DNA from: an uncultured Thermus sp.
GTDB lineage: Bacteria; Deinococcota; Deinococci; Deinococcales; Thermaceae
DNA: 64,000 nt
Reading direction: 5' to 3'
NCBI GenBank assembly: GCA_947085095.1
Contig: CAMTVD010000016.1
Span: 1 to 64,000, forward strand
The notes beneath the pieces are model-generated. The model saw nothing but the letters and a program-made list of their open reading frames with translations. It had not been told where the DNA came from and searched no databases. Below, piece after piece: positions 37,347-47,230 of the stretch. The position numbers and the translations under genes were made by a program. Position 1 is the stretch's first letter. Each line of letters starts with the position of its first letter.

Positions 37347-38439
37347 GTTGCAGAACCTTTAGCCCCGTCAGGGGATTGCGACTTCAGATTAAACTTCTTT
37401 GCCAGCTCCTCGGCCTTCTTGGTTGCAGAACCTTTAGCCCCGTCAGGGGATTGCGACACCAGGATCTCCGCGAAGCGCGACAGCCCCTGGAGCTGGCGTT
37501 GCAGAACCTTTAGCCCCGTCAGGGGATTGCGACGGGGTTTGGCCCCCTGGCCCTATCGGATGCCGCTAGGTTGCAGAACCTTTAGCCCCGTCAGGGGATT
37601 GCGACTCGGGTAAGGGCCGCAACTTCCACGGGTGCGGTTGGCAGGTTGCAGAACCTTTAGCCCCGTCAGGGGATTGCGACTTGCCTATCAAGCCATGTGG
37701 CACGAAGCCCAGCGTATCTTGTTGTAGAACCTTTAGCCCCGTCAGGGGATTGCGACGGCTAGGGCCCCCGGATAGCCCGGGGGCCCATGCTAGTCGGTTG
37801 CAGAACCTTTAGCCCCGACAGGGGATTGCGACGCGTTCCCGCGTTCCCAGTCTATAACCGCCCAAAGCTTAGTTGCAGAACCTTTAGCCCCGTCAGGGGA
37901 TTGCGACGGCGTGGCCTCAGCGATGGTGTCCACCCTGTTCAACCGGGTTGCAGAACCTTTAGCCCCGTCAGGGGATTGCGACTCACCAGTCCATCTATGT
38001 GCCCGGTGACTTCAATGGGGGTTGCAGAACCTTTAGCCCCGTCAGGGGATTGCGACAGCTTAGCCCCATCCTTGGGACTTCTTTTTTTCCTTGTTGCAGA
38101 ACCTTTAGCCCCGTCAGGGGATTGCGACCCACGCCCCATGCGGCCTAGCCCCACGCCGTGCGCGTACCCGCGTTGCAGAGCCTTTAGCCCCGTCAGGGGA
38201 TTGCGACCCCGGCGCCTTTTCGTCCACTGGACAAATTCTTGAGCAAGAGTTGCAGAACCTTTAGCCCCGTCAGGGGATTGCGACTAGCCATCTTCGGTAC
38301 CGGCGTATCGCCACCCATTCTTGGGTTGCAGAACCTTTAGCCCCGTCAGGGGATTGCGACAGGGGCTCCCAGGAACCTTGGATAGCTGGCTCATGGCCTG
38401 GGAGTTGCAGAACCTTTAGCCCCGTCAGGGGATTGCGCT
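37347..38439 (+). CRISPR. CRISPR array, 15 repeats / 14 spacers (36-43 nt), type III-like repeat
   Basis: 36-bp repeat GTTGCAGAACCTTTAGCCCCGTCAGGGGATTGCGAC at 37347, 37422, 37498, 37570, 37645, 37721, 37797, 37872, 37947, 38021, 38093, 38172, 38249, 38325, 38404. Last repeat degenerate at its 3' end. Confidence 0.99.
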
Positions 38440-38534
38440 CCCGGTTGTGGGGCCGGGTTTCGCCCCACCGTTTCCCTAGGGGTTTTTGCGTGGGTGCGCC
38501 GTGGGGGGGGTGTGGGGAGCCTATAATGCCTCCT

Positions 38535-39290
38535 ATGCGCCTTCTCTTCGTTGGAGACGTGATGGCGGAGCCCGGCCTCAGGGCCGTGAGCCTCCACCTG
38601 CCGGACATCCGGGACCGCTACGACCTGGTCATCGCCAATGGGGAGAATGCCGCCAAAGGTAAGGGCCTGGACAAGAGGAGCTACCGCCTCCTCCGGGAGG
38701 CGGGGGTGGACCTTGTCTCCCTGGGCAACCACGCCTGGGACCACAAGGAGGTCTACGAGCTTCTGGAAAGGGAGCCCGTGGTGCGGGCCCTCAACTACCC
38801 CCCGGGGACGCCGGGGAAGGGGTTTTGGCGCCTGGAGGCCGGGGAAAGCCTCCTCTTCGTCCAGGTGATGGGCCGCGTCTTCATGGACCCCCTGGATGAC
38901 CCCTTCCGTTCCCTGGATGCCCTCTTGGAGAGGGAGAAAGCGGATTACGTTCTGGTGGAGGTCCACGCCGAGGCCACCAGCGAGAAGATGGCCCTGGCCC
39001 ACTACCTGGACGGCCGGGTTTCCGCCGTCTTGGGCACCCACACCCACGTGCCCACCCTGGACGCCACCCGCCTGCCCAAGGGCACCCTCTACCAGACCGA
39101 CGTGGGCATGACGGGTACCTACCAGTCCATCATCGGGGGGGATTTGGAGGCCTTTTTGGCCCGCTTCCTCACCGGCCGCCCCCAGCCCTTCCGCCCCGCC
39201 CAGGGCAAGGCCCGCTTCCACGCCACGGAGCTGGTCTTTGAGGGGGGTAGGCCCGTTTCCATCAGCCCCTATGTCTGGGAGGAGCCGTGA
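38535..39290 (+). CDS. YmdB/TIGR00282 metallophosphoesterase
   Basis: [31 protein letters not shown]. Confidence 0.93.
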   Translation: MRLLFVGDVMAEPGLRAVSLHLPDIRDRYDLVIANGENAAKGKGLDKRSYRLLREAGVDLVSLGNHAWDHKEVYELLEREPVVRALNYPPGTPGKGFWRLEAGESLLFVQVMGRVFMDPLDDPFRSLDALLEREKADYVLVEVHAEATSEKMALAHYLDGRVSAVLGTHTHVPTLDATRLPKGTLYQTDVGMTGTYQSIIGGDLEAFLARFLTGRPQPFRPAQGKARFHATELVFEGGRPVSISPYVWEEP

Positions 39291-41860
39291 CCGACTCCTT
39301 TGAGGCGCTAAGGGCGGAGGTAGACCTTCTGGGCCGCCTTCTGGGCGAGGCCATCAGGAAGGTTTCCGGGGAGAGGTTCTTCGCCCTGGTGGAGGAGGTG
39401 CGCCTCCTTTCCAAGGCTAGGAGGCAGGGGGACGAGGCCGCCGGGGAGGCCCTCCTTTCCCGGGTGGAGGGGCTTTCGGTCCTCGAGGCCGAGGCCCTGG
39501 TGCGGGCCTTCACCCACTACTTCCACCTGGTGAACCTGGCGGAGGAGCGCCACCGGGTGCGGGTGAACCAGGAGAGGGCACAGGCGGAGACCCCTGAGAA
39601 CCCCAGGCCCGAGGGCTTTTTGGCCCTGGCCCTGGCCCTGAAGGCCCGGGGGCTTTCCCTGGAGGAGGCCGAGGCCCACCTGAACCGCCTGGAGCTCCTC
39701 CTCACCTTCACCGCCCACCCCACGGAAACCCGCCGCCGCACCCTGCGGCACCACCTGGAGCGCCTCCAGGCCGAGCTGGAAGAGGGCGGGAGGGATCGCC
39801 TCTTCGCCCGGGTGGCCCTCCTCTACGCCACCGAGGAGGTCAGGAAGGCGCGCCCCAGCGTGGAGGACGAGATCAAGGGGGGGCTTTACTACCTGCCCAC
39901 CACCCTGTGGCAGGCCATCCCCAAGGTGGTGGAGGGGCTGGAACTGGCCCTGGAAAGGGTCTACGGCCGAAGGCCCCGCCTCAAAAGCCCCGTGCGTTTC
40001 CGCAGCTGGATCGGCGGGGACCGGGACGGGAACCCCTTCGTCACCCCCGAGGTCACCGCCTTCGCCGCCCGCTACGCCCGGGAGGTGGCGCAAAGGAAGT
40101 TCTTAGAGGAGCTCGAGGCCCTGGTGCGGGACCTCTCCCTCTCCGAGGCCAAGGTGCCCGTGCCCTGGGAGGTGCGCCAGGGGGGCGAAGGGGTGGAGCG
40201 GTTTCCCGGGGAGGCCTACCGCCGCTTCTTCGCCCGGCTCCACGAGGGGCTCGCCCGGGGGGAGGCCACCACGGAGGGGCTCCTCTCCGCCCTCAAGGCG
40301 GCGGAAGGGGGGCTGCGGGCGGTGGGGCTTGCGGAAGTGGCGGAAAGCTTCCTGAGGCCCCTCGAGGCCCGCCTCACCGCCTTTGGCCTGGAGCTTGCCC
40401 CCCTGGACCTCCGGGAGGAGTCGGGGAAGCTCCTCCAGGCCGCGGCGGAGCTCCTTCGGCTGGGCGGGGTCCACCCGGACTTCCTCTCCCTCTCCCCCGA
40501 GGCCCAGGAGGCCCTTCTCACCGAGGAGCTGAAGACGGCGAGGCCCCTCCTCCCCGTGGGGGAGGAGCCCCAGGGGGAGGCCTTGAGGGTGGCCCTGGGG
40601 GCTTTTCGGGCCTGGCGGGACAAGGGGGCCCAGGTGGTCTCCATGACCCACCACCCTTTAGACCTCCTCGCCGTCTTCCTCCTGGCCCGGGAGGTGGGGC
40701 TTTACCGCCCCGGCAGGCCCCTTCCCTTTGACGTGGTCCCCCTCTTTGAGACCCTGGAGGACCTGAAGCGGGCCCCCCTGGTCCTCCGCCGCCTCCTGGA
40801 AAACCCCGTCTTCCTGGCCCACGCCCAAGGCCGGGGCGGGGTGGAGGTCATGATCGGCTACTCCGACTCCAACAAGGACGCGGGCTTCCTCATGGCCAAC
40901 CTGGCCCTTTACGAGGCCCAGGAGGCCCTGAGCCGGGTGGGGGAGGAGAAGGGGCTTCCCGTCCACTTCTTCCACGGCCGGGGCACCTCCACCGCCCGGG
41001 GGGGCGGCCCCGCGGGCCGGGCCATCGCCAGCCTGCCCCCGAGGAGCGTGGGCCGCCGCCTCCGCCTCACCGAGCAGGGGGAGGCCCTGGCGGACCGCTA
41101 CAGCCACCCCGATCTGGCGGTGCGCCACCTGGAGCAGCTCCTCTTCCACTTCGCCCAGGCCGCCCTGGGGGAAGGGACGGAGCCCCAGGCCTCCTGGCGG
41201 GAGGCCCTTTGGCGGGCGGGGGAGGAGAGCATGGCCCGCTACCGGGCCCTCTTGGCCGAGGAGGGCTTCTTCCCCTTCTTTGAGGCCCTCACTCCCATCC
41301 GCGAGATCGGGGAGCTTCCCATCGCCAGCCGCCCCGTCTACCGCCACGGCCGGGTGCGGGACATCCGGGACCTCCGGGCCATTCCCTGGGTCATGGCCTG
41401 GACCCAGGTGCGGCTTCTCCTCCCCGGCTGGTACGGCCTTAGCGCCCTGGAGGGGCTTCCTTTGGACCTCCTCAGGAGCATGTACCGGGAGTGGCCCTTC
41501 TTCGCCACCACCCTGGAGAGCGCCGCCATGGCCCTGGCCAAGGCGGACCTGGGGGTGGCCCGGCTCTACCTGCGCCTGGTGCCGGAGCCCCTTCACCCCC
41601 TTTTCCACCGCATCGCCGGGGAGTACCTCCGCACCCGGGAGCTCCTGGAGGCCATCTTCCAGGCCCCCCTCCTCCACAACCAAAAGACCCTGGAAAGGCA
41701 GACCGCCCTGAGAAACCCCTACGTGGACCCCATCAACATCGTCCAGGTGGAGCTCCTAAGGCGCTACCGCTCCCCTGGCGGCCGGGAGGACGAGGCCCTG
41801 AGGAAGGCCCTCCTCCTCTCCCTCCTGGGGGTGGCGGCGGGCCTGAGGAACGCGGGGTAA
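39287..41860 (+). CDS. ppc: phosphoenolpyruvate carboxylase
   Basis: [42 protein letters not shown]. Confidence 0.97.
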   Translation: MTDSFEALRAEVDLLGRLLGEAIRKVSGERFFALVEEVRLLSKARRQGDEAAGEALLSRVEGLSVLEAEALVRAFTHYFHLVNLAEERHRVRVNQERAQAETPENPRPEGFLALALALKARGLSLEEAEAHLNRLELLLTFTAHPTETRRRTLRHHLERLQAELEEGGRDRLFARVALLYATEEVRKARPSVEDEIKGGLYYLPTTLWQAIPKVVEGLELALERVYGRRPRLKSPVRFRSWIGGDRDGNPFVTPEVTAFAARYAREVAQRKFLEELEALVRDLSLSEAKVPVPWEVRQGGEGVERFPGEAYRRFFARLHEGLARGEATTEGLLSALKAAEGGLRAVGLAEVAESFLRPLEARLTAFGLELAPLDLREESGKLLQAAAELLRLGGVHPDFLSLSPEAQEALLTEELKTARPLLPVGEEPQGEALRVALGAFRAWRDKGAQVVSMTHHPLDLLAVFLLAREVGLYRPGRPLPFDVVPLFETLEDLKRAPLVLRRLLENPVFLAHAQGRGGVEVMIGYSDSNKDAGFLMANLALYEAQEALSRVGEEKGLPVHFFHGRGTSTARGGGPAGRAIASLPPRSVGRRLRLTEQGEALADRYSHPDLAVRHLEQLLFHFAQAALGEGTEPQASWREALWRAGEESMARYRALLAEEGFFPFFEALTPIREIGELPIASRPVYRHGRVRDIRDLRAIPWVMAWTQVRLLLPGWYGLSALEGLPLDLLRSMYREWPFFATTLESAAMALAKADLGVARLYLRLVPEPLHPLFHRIAGEYLRTRELLEAIFQAPLLHNQKTLERQTALRNPYVDPINIVQVELLRRYRSPGGREDEALRKALLLSLLGVAAGLRNAG

Positions 41861-41861
41861 G

Positions 41862-42410
41862 ATGGGGCCGATGGAGCCCTTGGGCCACCACCAGGACCAG
41901 CGGGTGGGGGTGTTCGTGGACACCCAGAACCTCTACCACTCCGCCCGCGATTACTACGAGCGCAACGTGAACTTTGAGAGCCTCCTGCGCTTCGCCGTGG
42001 GGGGAAGGCGCCTGGTCCGGGCCACGGCCTACGTGGTGGAGCGGGAGGGGGACACCTCCGCCTGGCCCTTCATCTACAAGCTCTCCACCATCGGCTACCG
42101 GGTGCGGCGCATGTACCTCACGGTGAAGGAGCTGGGGGAAGGGGGCAAGCCCATCTATGAGGGCAACTGGGACATGGGCATCGCCGCCGACATGGTCCGC
42201 CTCATGCCCCATCTGGACGTGGTGGTCCTGGGAAGCGGGGATGGGGACTTCGTGGAGATCCTCGAGGTCCTCATGGAAAGGGGCATCCGGGTGGAGGTCA
42301 TCGCCTTCCGGGAAACCACCTCCCAAAAGCTCATAGACGCCGTGGACCGCTTCGTCCACCTGCCCGAGATCCCCAACCCCTTCATGGAACCCAAAAACCC
42401 CGAGCGCTAA
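41862..42410 (+). CDS. NYN/LabA (DUF88) domain protein
   Basis: VFVDTQNL, D.GIAADM, SGDGDF, L..AVDRF. Confidence 0.88.
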   Translation: MGPMEPLGHHQDQRVGVFVDTQNLYHSARDYYERNVNFESLLRFAVGGRRLVRATAYVVEREGDTSAWPFIYKLSTIGYRVRRMYLTVKELGEGGKPIYEGNWDMGIAADMVRLMPHLDVVVLGSGDGDFVEILEVLMERGIRVEVIAFRETTSQKLIDAVDRFVHLPEIPNPFMEPKNPER

Positions 42411-42413
42411 GCT

Positions 42414-43451
42414 ATGGCAGGACTGGAAGCTTACGATTACCACCTTCCCCCGGAGCTCATCGCCCAAGAGGGGGTGGAGCCCCGGGACCTGGCCCGCATG
42501 ATGGTGGTCTATAGGGAAGGTCCCTTCCGGGTGGAGCACAAGAGGGTGCGGGACCTCCCGGAGTTCCTGCGCCCCGGGGACGTGCTGGTCTTCAACGAGA
42601 GCAAGGTGATCCCCGCCCGCCTCCTGGCCAGGAAGCCCACGGGGGGCAGGGTGGAGGTCCTCTTGGTGCGGGAGAGGGAGCCCGGCCTCTGGGAGGCCCT
42701 CCTGGGCCCTGCCAGGAAGGCTCCCGTGGGCACGGAGCTTTCCTTCCTTTCCCCCAAGGACCTGGAGCCGGTCCCCGGCTTGAAGGCGAAGGTGGTGGGG
42801 GTGGAGGAGGACGGGGTGCGCCTCCTCCGCTTCCAGGGGGACCTGGTGGGCCACCTGGAGGAGGTGGGGGAGGTGCCCCTTCCCCCCTACATCAAGGCCC
42901 AGATTCCCCTGGAGCGCTACCAGACGGTCTACGCCAAGCGGCCGGGCTCCGTGGCCGCCCCCACGGCCGGCCTCCACTTCACCCCGGAGCTTTTGGAAAG
43001 GCTTCGGGCTATGGGGGTGGAGCTTCACTTCCTCACCCTCCACGTGGGCCCCGGTACCTTCCGCCCGGTGAAGGGGGACCCCGGGAAGCACGAGATGCAC
43101 GCCGAGCCCTACGAGATCCCCGAGGCCACCGCCTGGGCGGTGAACCGGGCCAAGGGGGAGGGGAGGCGGGTCATCGCTGTGGGCACCACGGTGGTGCGGG
43201 CCCTGGAGAGCGCCTACCGGGAAGGGGAGGGGGTGGTGCCGGGGGTGGGGGAGACCCGGCTCTTCATCCGCCCCCCCTACGTCTTCAAGGCCATAGACGC
43301 CCTCTTCACCAACTTCCACCTCCCCCGCTCCACCCTCCTCATGCTGGTGGCCGCCTTCCTGGGGAACGAGCGCACCATGGCGGCCTACCGCCTGGCGGTG
43401 GCCGAGCGCTACCGCTTCTATTCCCTGGGCGATGCCATGCTGATTCTTTGA
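42414..43451 (+). CDS. queA: SAM:tRNA ribosyltransferase-isomerase
   Basis: LPPELIAQ, PLPPYI, AAPTAGLHF, TNFHLPRS, FYSLGDAM. Confidence 0.97.
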   Translation: MAGLEAYDYHLPPELIAQEGVEPRDLARMMVVYREGPFRVEHKRVRDLPEFLRPGDVLVFNESKVIPARLLARKPTGGRVEVLLVREREPGLWEALLGPARKAPVGTELSFLSPKDLEPVPGLKAKVVGVEEDGVRLLRFQGDLVGHLEEVGEVPLPPYIKAQIPLERYQTVYAKRPGSVAAPTAGLHFTPELLERLRAMGVELHFLTLHVGPGTFRPVKGDPGKHEMHAEPYEIPEATAWAVNRAKGEGRRVIAVGTTVVRALESAYREGEGVVPGVGETRLFIRPPYVFKAIDALFTNFHLPRSTLLMLVAAFLGNERTMAAYRLAVAERYRFYSLGDAMLIL

Positions 43452-43813
43452 AGAAAGGCCAGGGCTTTCTCCTTGGGAAGGAGGGTGGGCTCCCGCTCCG
43501 GGGCGAACCAGGCGAGGAGGGCGGCCAGGTCCTCCTCCGGGGTGTAATCTTTGGGGGCCAGGAGGACCTTGTGGTCTCCGTCCAGGAGCTGGAGAAGGCC
43601 CACCACCTCCCCTTCCGCCTCGCCCAGGGGGTGCGGGGGGCCCAGGAGGACGGCGTCCACCTCCTCCCCGTCCGCGGGGTTCAGGAGGCCGGGGAGGAGG
43701 CCGTAGTTCACCGGGGCGGGCCGCTCCTCCCTCACGGGGAAGAGCCGCCCTTCTTTCCAGGCGTGCCGAAGGGGGCTTCCCTTGGTCCACTCCACGATCA
43801 TCTTGAGGCGCAT
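43418..43813 (-). CDS. short family I inorganic pyrophosphatase-like protein (131 aa)
   Basis: PVNYGLLP, DGEEVDAVLL, DHKVL. Confidence 0.75.
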   Translation of the reverse strand: MRLKMIVEWTKGSPLRHAWKEGRLFPVREERPAPVNYGLLPGLLNPADGEEVDAVLLGPPHPLGEAEGEVVGLLQLLDGDHKVLLAPKDYTPEEDLAALLAWFAPEREPTLLPKEKALAFLQRISMASPRE

Positions 43814-43815
43814 GG

Positions 43816-45162
43816 CTAGAGGCCCAGGATCAGGCGGGCCACGCTCAGGTAGATGAGGAGGCCGATCACATCGGAGAGGGTGGCGATGAGGGGGTTGGAG
43901 ACCAGGGCCGGGTCCACGCCGAGCCGCCTGAGGACCATGGGGAGCGTGGAGCCCACCAGGTTGGCGAAAAGGACCAGGAGGAAAAGGGACAGGCCCACCA
44001 CTGGGATGAGGGGGCCATAGCCGTCCAGCCCCACCTTGATGAGGAGGACGGAGGCCAGGGTGAGGCCTAAAAGGCTTCCCACCACGGTTTCCTTGAGGAG
44101 GACCCGCCGCCAGTCCCTGAGGTCCAGGTCCCGGGTGGCCAGGGCCCGGATGATGAGAGTGGCGGACTGGTTGCCCGTGTTTCCCCCGGTGCCTATGAGG
44201 ACGGGCACGTAAAAGGCCAGGGCGGTCACCGCTTCCAAGACGCTCTCAAACCCCTGGAGGATGGAACTCGTCACCATTCCCGTGAGGATCAGGATGATGA
44301 GCCAGCGCACCCGGGCGAGCCAAAGCCCCACCGGGGAGGCCTGGCTGTAGACCAGGTCGGGCACGTCCACGGCGGCCAGCTTGTGGATGTCCTCGGTGGC
44401 CTCCTCTTCCAGGACGTCCAGGACGTCGTCCACGGTGACGATGCCCACCAGGCGGCCTTCCTCGTCCACCACGGGGAGCACGGTGAAGTCGTAGTCGGCC
44501 ATGAGGCGGGCCACCTCTTCCTGGTCCGTGTCCGTGCGCACGTGGACCACCTTGGGGTTCATGATCTCCGCCACCTTGGTCCTGGGGTCAGCCACGATCA
44601 GGTCGCGCAAGGACAGCACCCCTTGGAGGCGCTCCTCTTCGTCCACCACGTACAGGTAGTAGATGGTCTCGGCATCGGGGGCGGCCCGGCGCAGGAAGCG
44701 GAGCACCTCGTCCACGGTCATGGTGGCCCGCACCGCCACGTACTCCGGGGTCATGAGGCCACCGGCCTCGTCCTCCTCGTACTGGGTGAGTTCCTCCACC
44801 TCGGCCCGGGTCTTTGGGTCCAGGGCCTCCTTGAGCCTTTTGGCCAGGGCCTCGTCCTCCTCCTCCACCGCCTGCAGGGCATCGGCCAGGTCGTCCAGGG
44901 AGAGCTCGGTGAGGAGTTCCTGCACCCGCCAGGGGGGGAGGGTCTTCAGGTACTCCGCCTGCTCCTCGGGGGCGAGGTTGGCGAAGACCTCCGCCGCTTT
45001 CTCCTTGGAGAGGAGGGTGAGGAGGACGTAGCGGTGCTCCCCGTTGAGGTCATCCCAAAGGAGGAGGAGGTCCTGGGGATGGGTCTCCTCCAAAAGGCGC
45101 TTGAGGGCCAGGGTGTCGCCCTCTTCCAGAGCTTGGAGAAGGGGGGAAAGGGTTTTCTCCAC
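43816..45162 (-). CDS. mgtE: magnesium transporter MgtE
   Basis: N domain, CBS pair (AGGLMTPEY), GTGGNTGNQS, DPALVSNPLIATLSD. Confidence 0.97.
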   Translation of the reverse strand: MEKTLSPLLQALEEGDTLALKRLLEETHPQDLLLLWDDLNGEHRYVLLTLLSKEKAAEVFANLAPEEQAEYLKTLPPWRVQELLTELSLDDLADALQAVEEEDEALAKRLKEALDPKTRAEVEELTQYEEDEAGGLMTPEYVAVRATMTVDEVLRFLRRAAPDAETIYYLYVVDEEERLQGVLSLRDLIVADPRTKVAEIMNPKVVHVRTDTDQEEVARLMADYDFTVLPVVDEEGRLVGIVTVDDVLDVLEEEATEDIHKLAAVDVPDLVYSQASPVGLWLARVRWLIILILTGMVTSSILQGFESVLEAVTALAFYVPVLIGTGGNTGNQSATLIIRALATRDLDLRDWRRVLLKETVVGSLLGLTLASVLLIKVGLDGYGPLIPVVGLSLFLLVLFANLVGSTLPMVLRRLGVDPALVSNPLIATLSDVIGLLIYLSVARLILGL

Positions 45163-45204
45163 GGGCGGCCTCCTTTCTGGCCGAAGGCCGCCCGAAGGCG
45201 GCCT

Positions 45205-45240
45205 TCAGGGCCTGGGACTCGAGGGCAGAGCCTCCGACAT
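45205..45240 (-). CDS. candidate mgtE leader peptide MSEALPSSPRP
   Basis: ATG 9 nt downstream of the -10 box; 3 Pro codons in the last 6; stop overlaps an attenuator-like hairpin. Confidence 0.55.
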   Translation of the reverse strand: MSEALPSSPRP

Positions 45241-45249
45241 ACGCTTTCT

Positions 45250-45278
45250 AGCCTATAGGGAGGGGGTTTCTCCGTCAA
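45250..45278 (-). promoter_or_regulatory. sigma-A promoter of mgtE
   Basis: TTGACG-N17-TAGGCT on the minus strand. Confidence 0.8.
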
Positions 45279-45370
45279 CCTGGCCCACTAGAAATGTGCG
45301 AAAAATTGCGGTTGACACGCTCAAGGGGTCTGCCCTATCCTGGAGCCCGGCCTTTGGGGCCAGGAGGGGC

Positions 45371-46663
45371 ATGTTCCAGAACCTTTCGGCGCGACTGCAA
45401 GAGGCCATCGGCCGCCTTCGGGGGCGGGGCCGGATCACCGAGGAGGACCTGAGGGAGACCCTCAGGGAGATCCGCCGGGCCCTCATGGAGGCCGACGTGA
45501 ACCTCGAGGTGGCCCGCGCCTTTGTGGAGAGGGTGCGGGCGGAGGCCCTGGGGAAGCGGGTCCTGGAGAGCCTCACCCCCGCAGAGGTGGTCCTGGCCAC
45601 CGTCTACGAGGCCCTGAAGGAGGCCCTGGGGGGCGAGCCCCAGCATCCCACCCTCAAGGACAAGAACCTCTGGTTCCTGGTGGGGCTCCAGGGCTCCGGC
45701 AAGACCACCACCGCCGCCAAGCTGGCCCTCCACTACAAGGGGAAGGGCAGGAGGCCCCTGCTGGTGGCCGCGGATACCAGGAGGCCCGCCGCCAGGGAGC
45801 AATTGAGGCTTCTGGGCGAGAAGGTGGGGGTGCCCGTGCTGGAGGTGATGGACGGCGAGCCCCCAGAGTCCATCCGCCGCCGCGTGGAGGAGAGGGCCCG
45901 CCTCGAGGCCCGGGACCTGGTCCTGGTGGACACCGCCGGCCGTCTGCAGATAGACGAGCCCCTTATGGCCGAGCTGGCCCAGCTCAAAGGGGTGCTGCGC
46001 CCTGATGAGGTCCTCCTGGTCCTGGACGCCATGACCGGGCAGGAGGCCCTGGCCGTGGCCCAGGCTTTTGAGGAGAAGGTGGGGGTTACGGGCCTCGTCC
46101 TCACCAAGCTGGACGGGGATGCCCGGGGCGGGGCGGCCCTTTCCGCCCGGCACGTCACGGGAAAGCCCATCTATTTCGCCGGGGTTTCCGAGAAGCCCGA
46201 GGGTCTGGAGCCCTTCTACCCTGACCGCCTGGCGAGCCGCATCCTGGGCATGGGGGATGTGGCCACCCTGGCGGAAAAGGTGCGGGCGGCGGGGCTGGAG
46301 GCCGAAGTCCCCAGGTCCGCCAAGGAGCTTTCCCTGGAGGACTTCCTCAAGCAGATGCAGAACCTCAGGCGCCTGGGTTCCTTCTCGGAGGTCCTGGGCA
46401 TGCTCCCCGGGGTGCCCAAGGGATTGCAGGTGGACGAGAGGGCCTTTAGGCGCCTCGAGGCCATCGTCCTCTCCATGACCCCCGAGGAGCGTAAGGACCC
46501 CCGGGTTCTCAACGGCTCGCGGCGCAAGCGCATCGCCAAGGGGAGCGGCACCTCGGTGCAAGAGGTCAACCGCCTTCTCAAGGCCTTTGAGGAGACCAAG
46601 GCCCTGATGAAGTCCCTGGAAAAGAAAAAGGGCCGGGGACTCATGGGAATGTTCAGGAGGTAG
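45371..46663 (+). CDS. ffh: signal recognition particle protein
   Basis: [27 protein letters not shown] domain. Promoter TTGACA-N18-TATCCT at 45312-45341. Confidence 0.97.
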   Translation: MFQNLSARLQEAIGRLRGRGRITEEDLRETLREIRRALMEADVNLEVARAFVERVRAEALGKRVLESLTPAEVVLATVYEALKEALGGEPQHPTLKDKNLWFLVGLQGSGKTTTAAKLALHYKGKGRRPLLVAADTRRPAAREQLRLLGEKVGVPVLEVMDGEPPESIRRRVEERARLEARDLVLVDTAGRLQIDEPLMAELAQLKGVLRPDEVLLVLDAMTGQEALAVAQAFEEKVGVTGLVLTKLDGDARGGAALSARHVTGKPIYFAGVSEKPEGLEPFYPDRLASRILGMGDVATLAEKVRAAGLEAEVPRSAKELSLEDFLKQMQNLRRLGSFSEVLGMLPGVPKGLQVDERAFRRLEAIVLSMTPEERKDPRVLNGSRRKRIAKGSGTSVQEVNRLLKAFEETKALMKSLEKKKGRGLMGMFRR

Positions 46664-46670
46664 AAAAGAC

Positions 46671-46937
46671 ATGGTCAAGATCAGACTCTCTCGGTTCGGT
46701 TCCAAGCACAACCCCCATTACCGCATCGTGGTCACGGACGTTCGGCGGAAGCGGGATGGGGCCTACATTGAGAAGATCGGCTACTACGACCCCCGCAAGA
46801 CCACCCCGGACTGGCTCAAGGTGGACGTGGAGCGGGCCAAGTACTGGCTCTCCGTGGGAGCCCAGCCCACGGACACCGCCAGGAGGCTCCTCCGCCAGGC
46901 GGGGGTCTTCCGGCAGGAGGCCCAGGAAAAGGCCTGA
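46671..46937 (+). CDS. rpsP: 30S ribosomal protein S16
   Basis: [21 protein letters not shown]...GAQPTDT. Confidence 0.98.
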   Translation: MVKIRLSRFGSKHNPHYRIVVTDVRRKRDGAYIEKIGYYDPRKTTPDWLKVDVERAKYWLSVGAQPTDTARRLLRQAGVFRQEAQEKA

Positions 46938-46993
46938 GAGCTCAGGCCCAGCGCCCGGGGCATTCCCGGGCGTTTTCCTTTACCATGGACCCT

Positions 46994-47212
46994 ATGAGGG
47001 ACCTGGTGGAATACTTGGCCAAGAGCGTGGTGGACCACCCCGAGGCGGTCCGGGTCCAGGAAAAGCGGGGCCGGGAGGGACCCGTTTACCTGGTGGAGGT
47101 GGCCGCCGAGGACAAGGGCCGCCTCATCGGCAAAGGGGGGCGGGTCATAGAGGCCATCCGCACCCTGGTGCGGGCCTACTCCAAGCGCAAGGTGGGGGTG
47201 GAGGTGCGCTGA
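46994..47212 (+). CDS. khpA: KH-domain RNA-binding protein (KhpA/YlqC)
   Basis: DKGRLIGKGGRVIEAIRT; conserved rpsP-khpA-rimM order. Confidence 0.9.
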   Translation: MRDLVEYLAKSVVDHPEAVRVQEKRGREGPVYLVEVAAEDKGRLIGKGGRVIEAIRTLVRAYSKRKVGVEVR

Positions 47213-47230
47213 CCCTGGCATAATGGGGGT

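Noticed and set aside
37419..38608. ORFs across the CRISPR array (37419-37613, 37787-38242, 37939-38154, 38270-38608)
   Set aside because: They are translations of repeats and spacers, not genes.
41733..43790. Long antisense or alternate-frame ORFs (e.g. 685 aa here, 635 aa at 60109-62016, 507 aa at 46784-48307)
   Set aside because: Shadow ORFs expected at high GC, opposite well-recognised genes, with Pro/Gly/Arg-rich non-protein-like composition.
45163..45300. M-box (ykoK) riboswitch upstream of mgtE
   Set aside because: The leader is only about 80 nt and lacks M-box conserved sequence; the uORF/hairpin model fits better.
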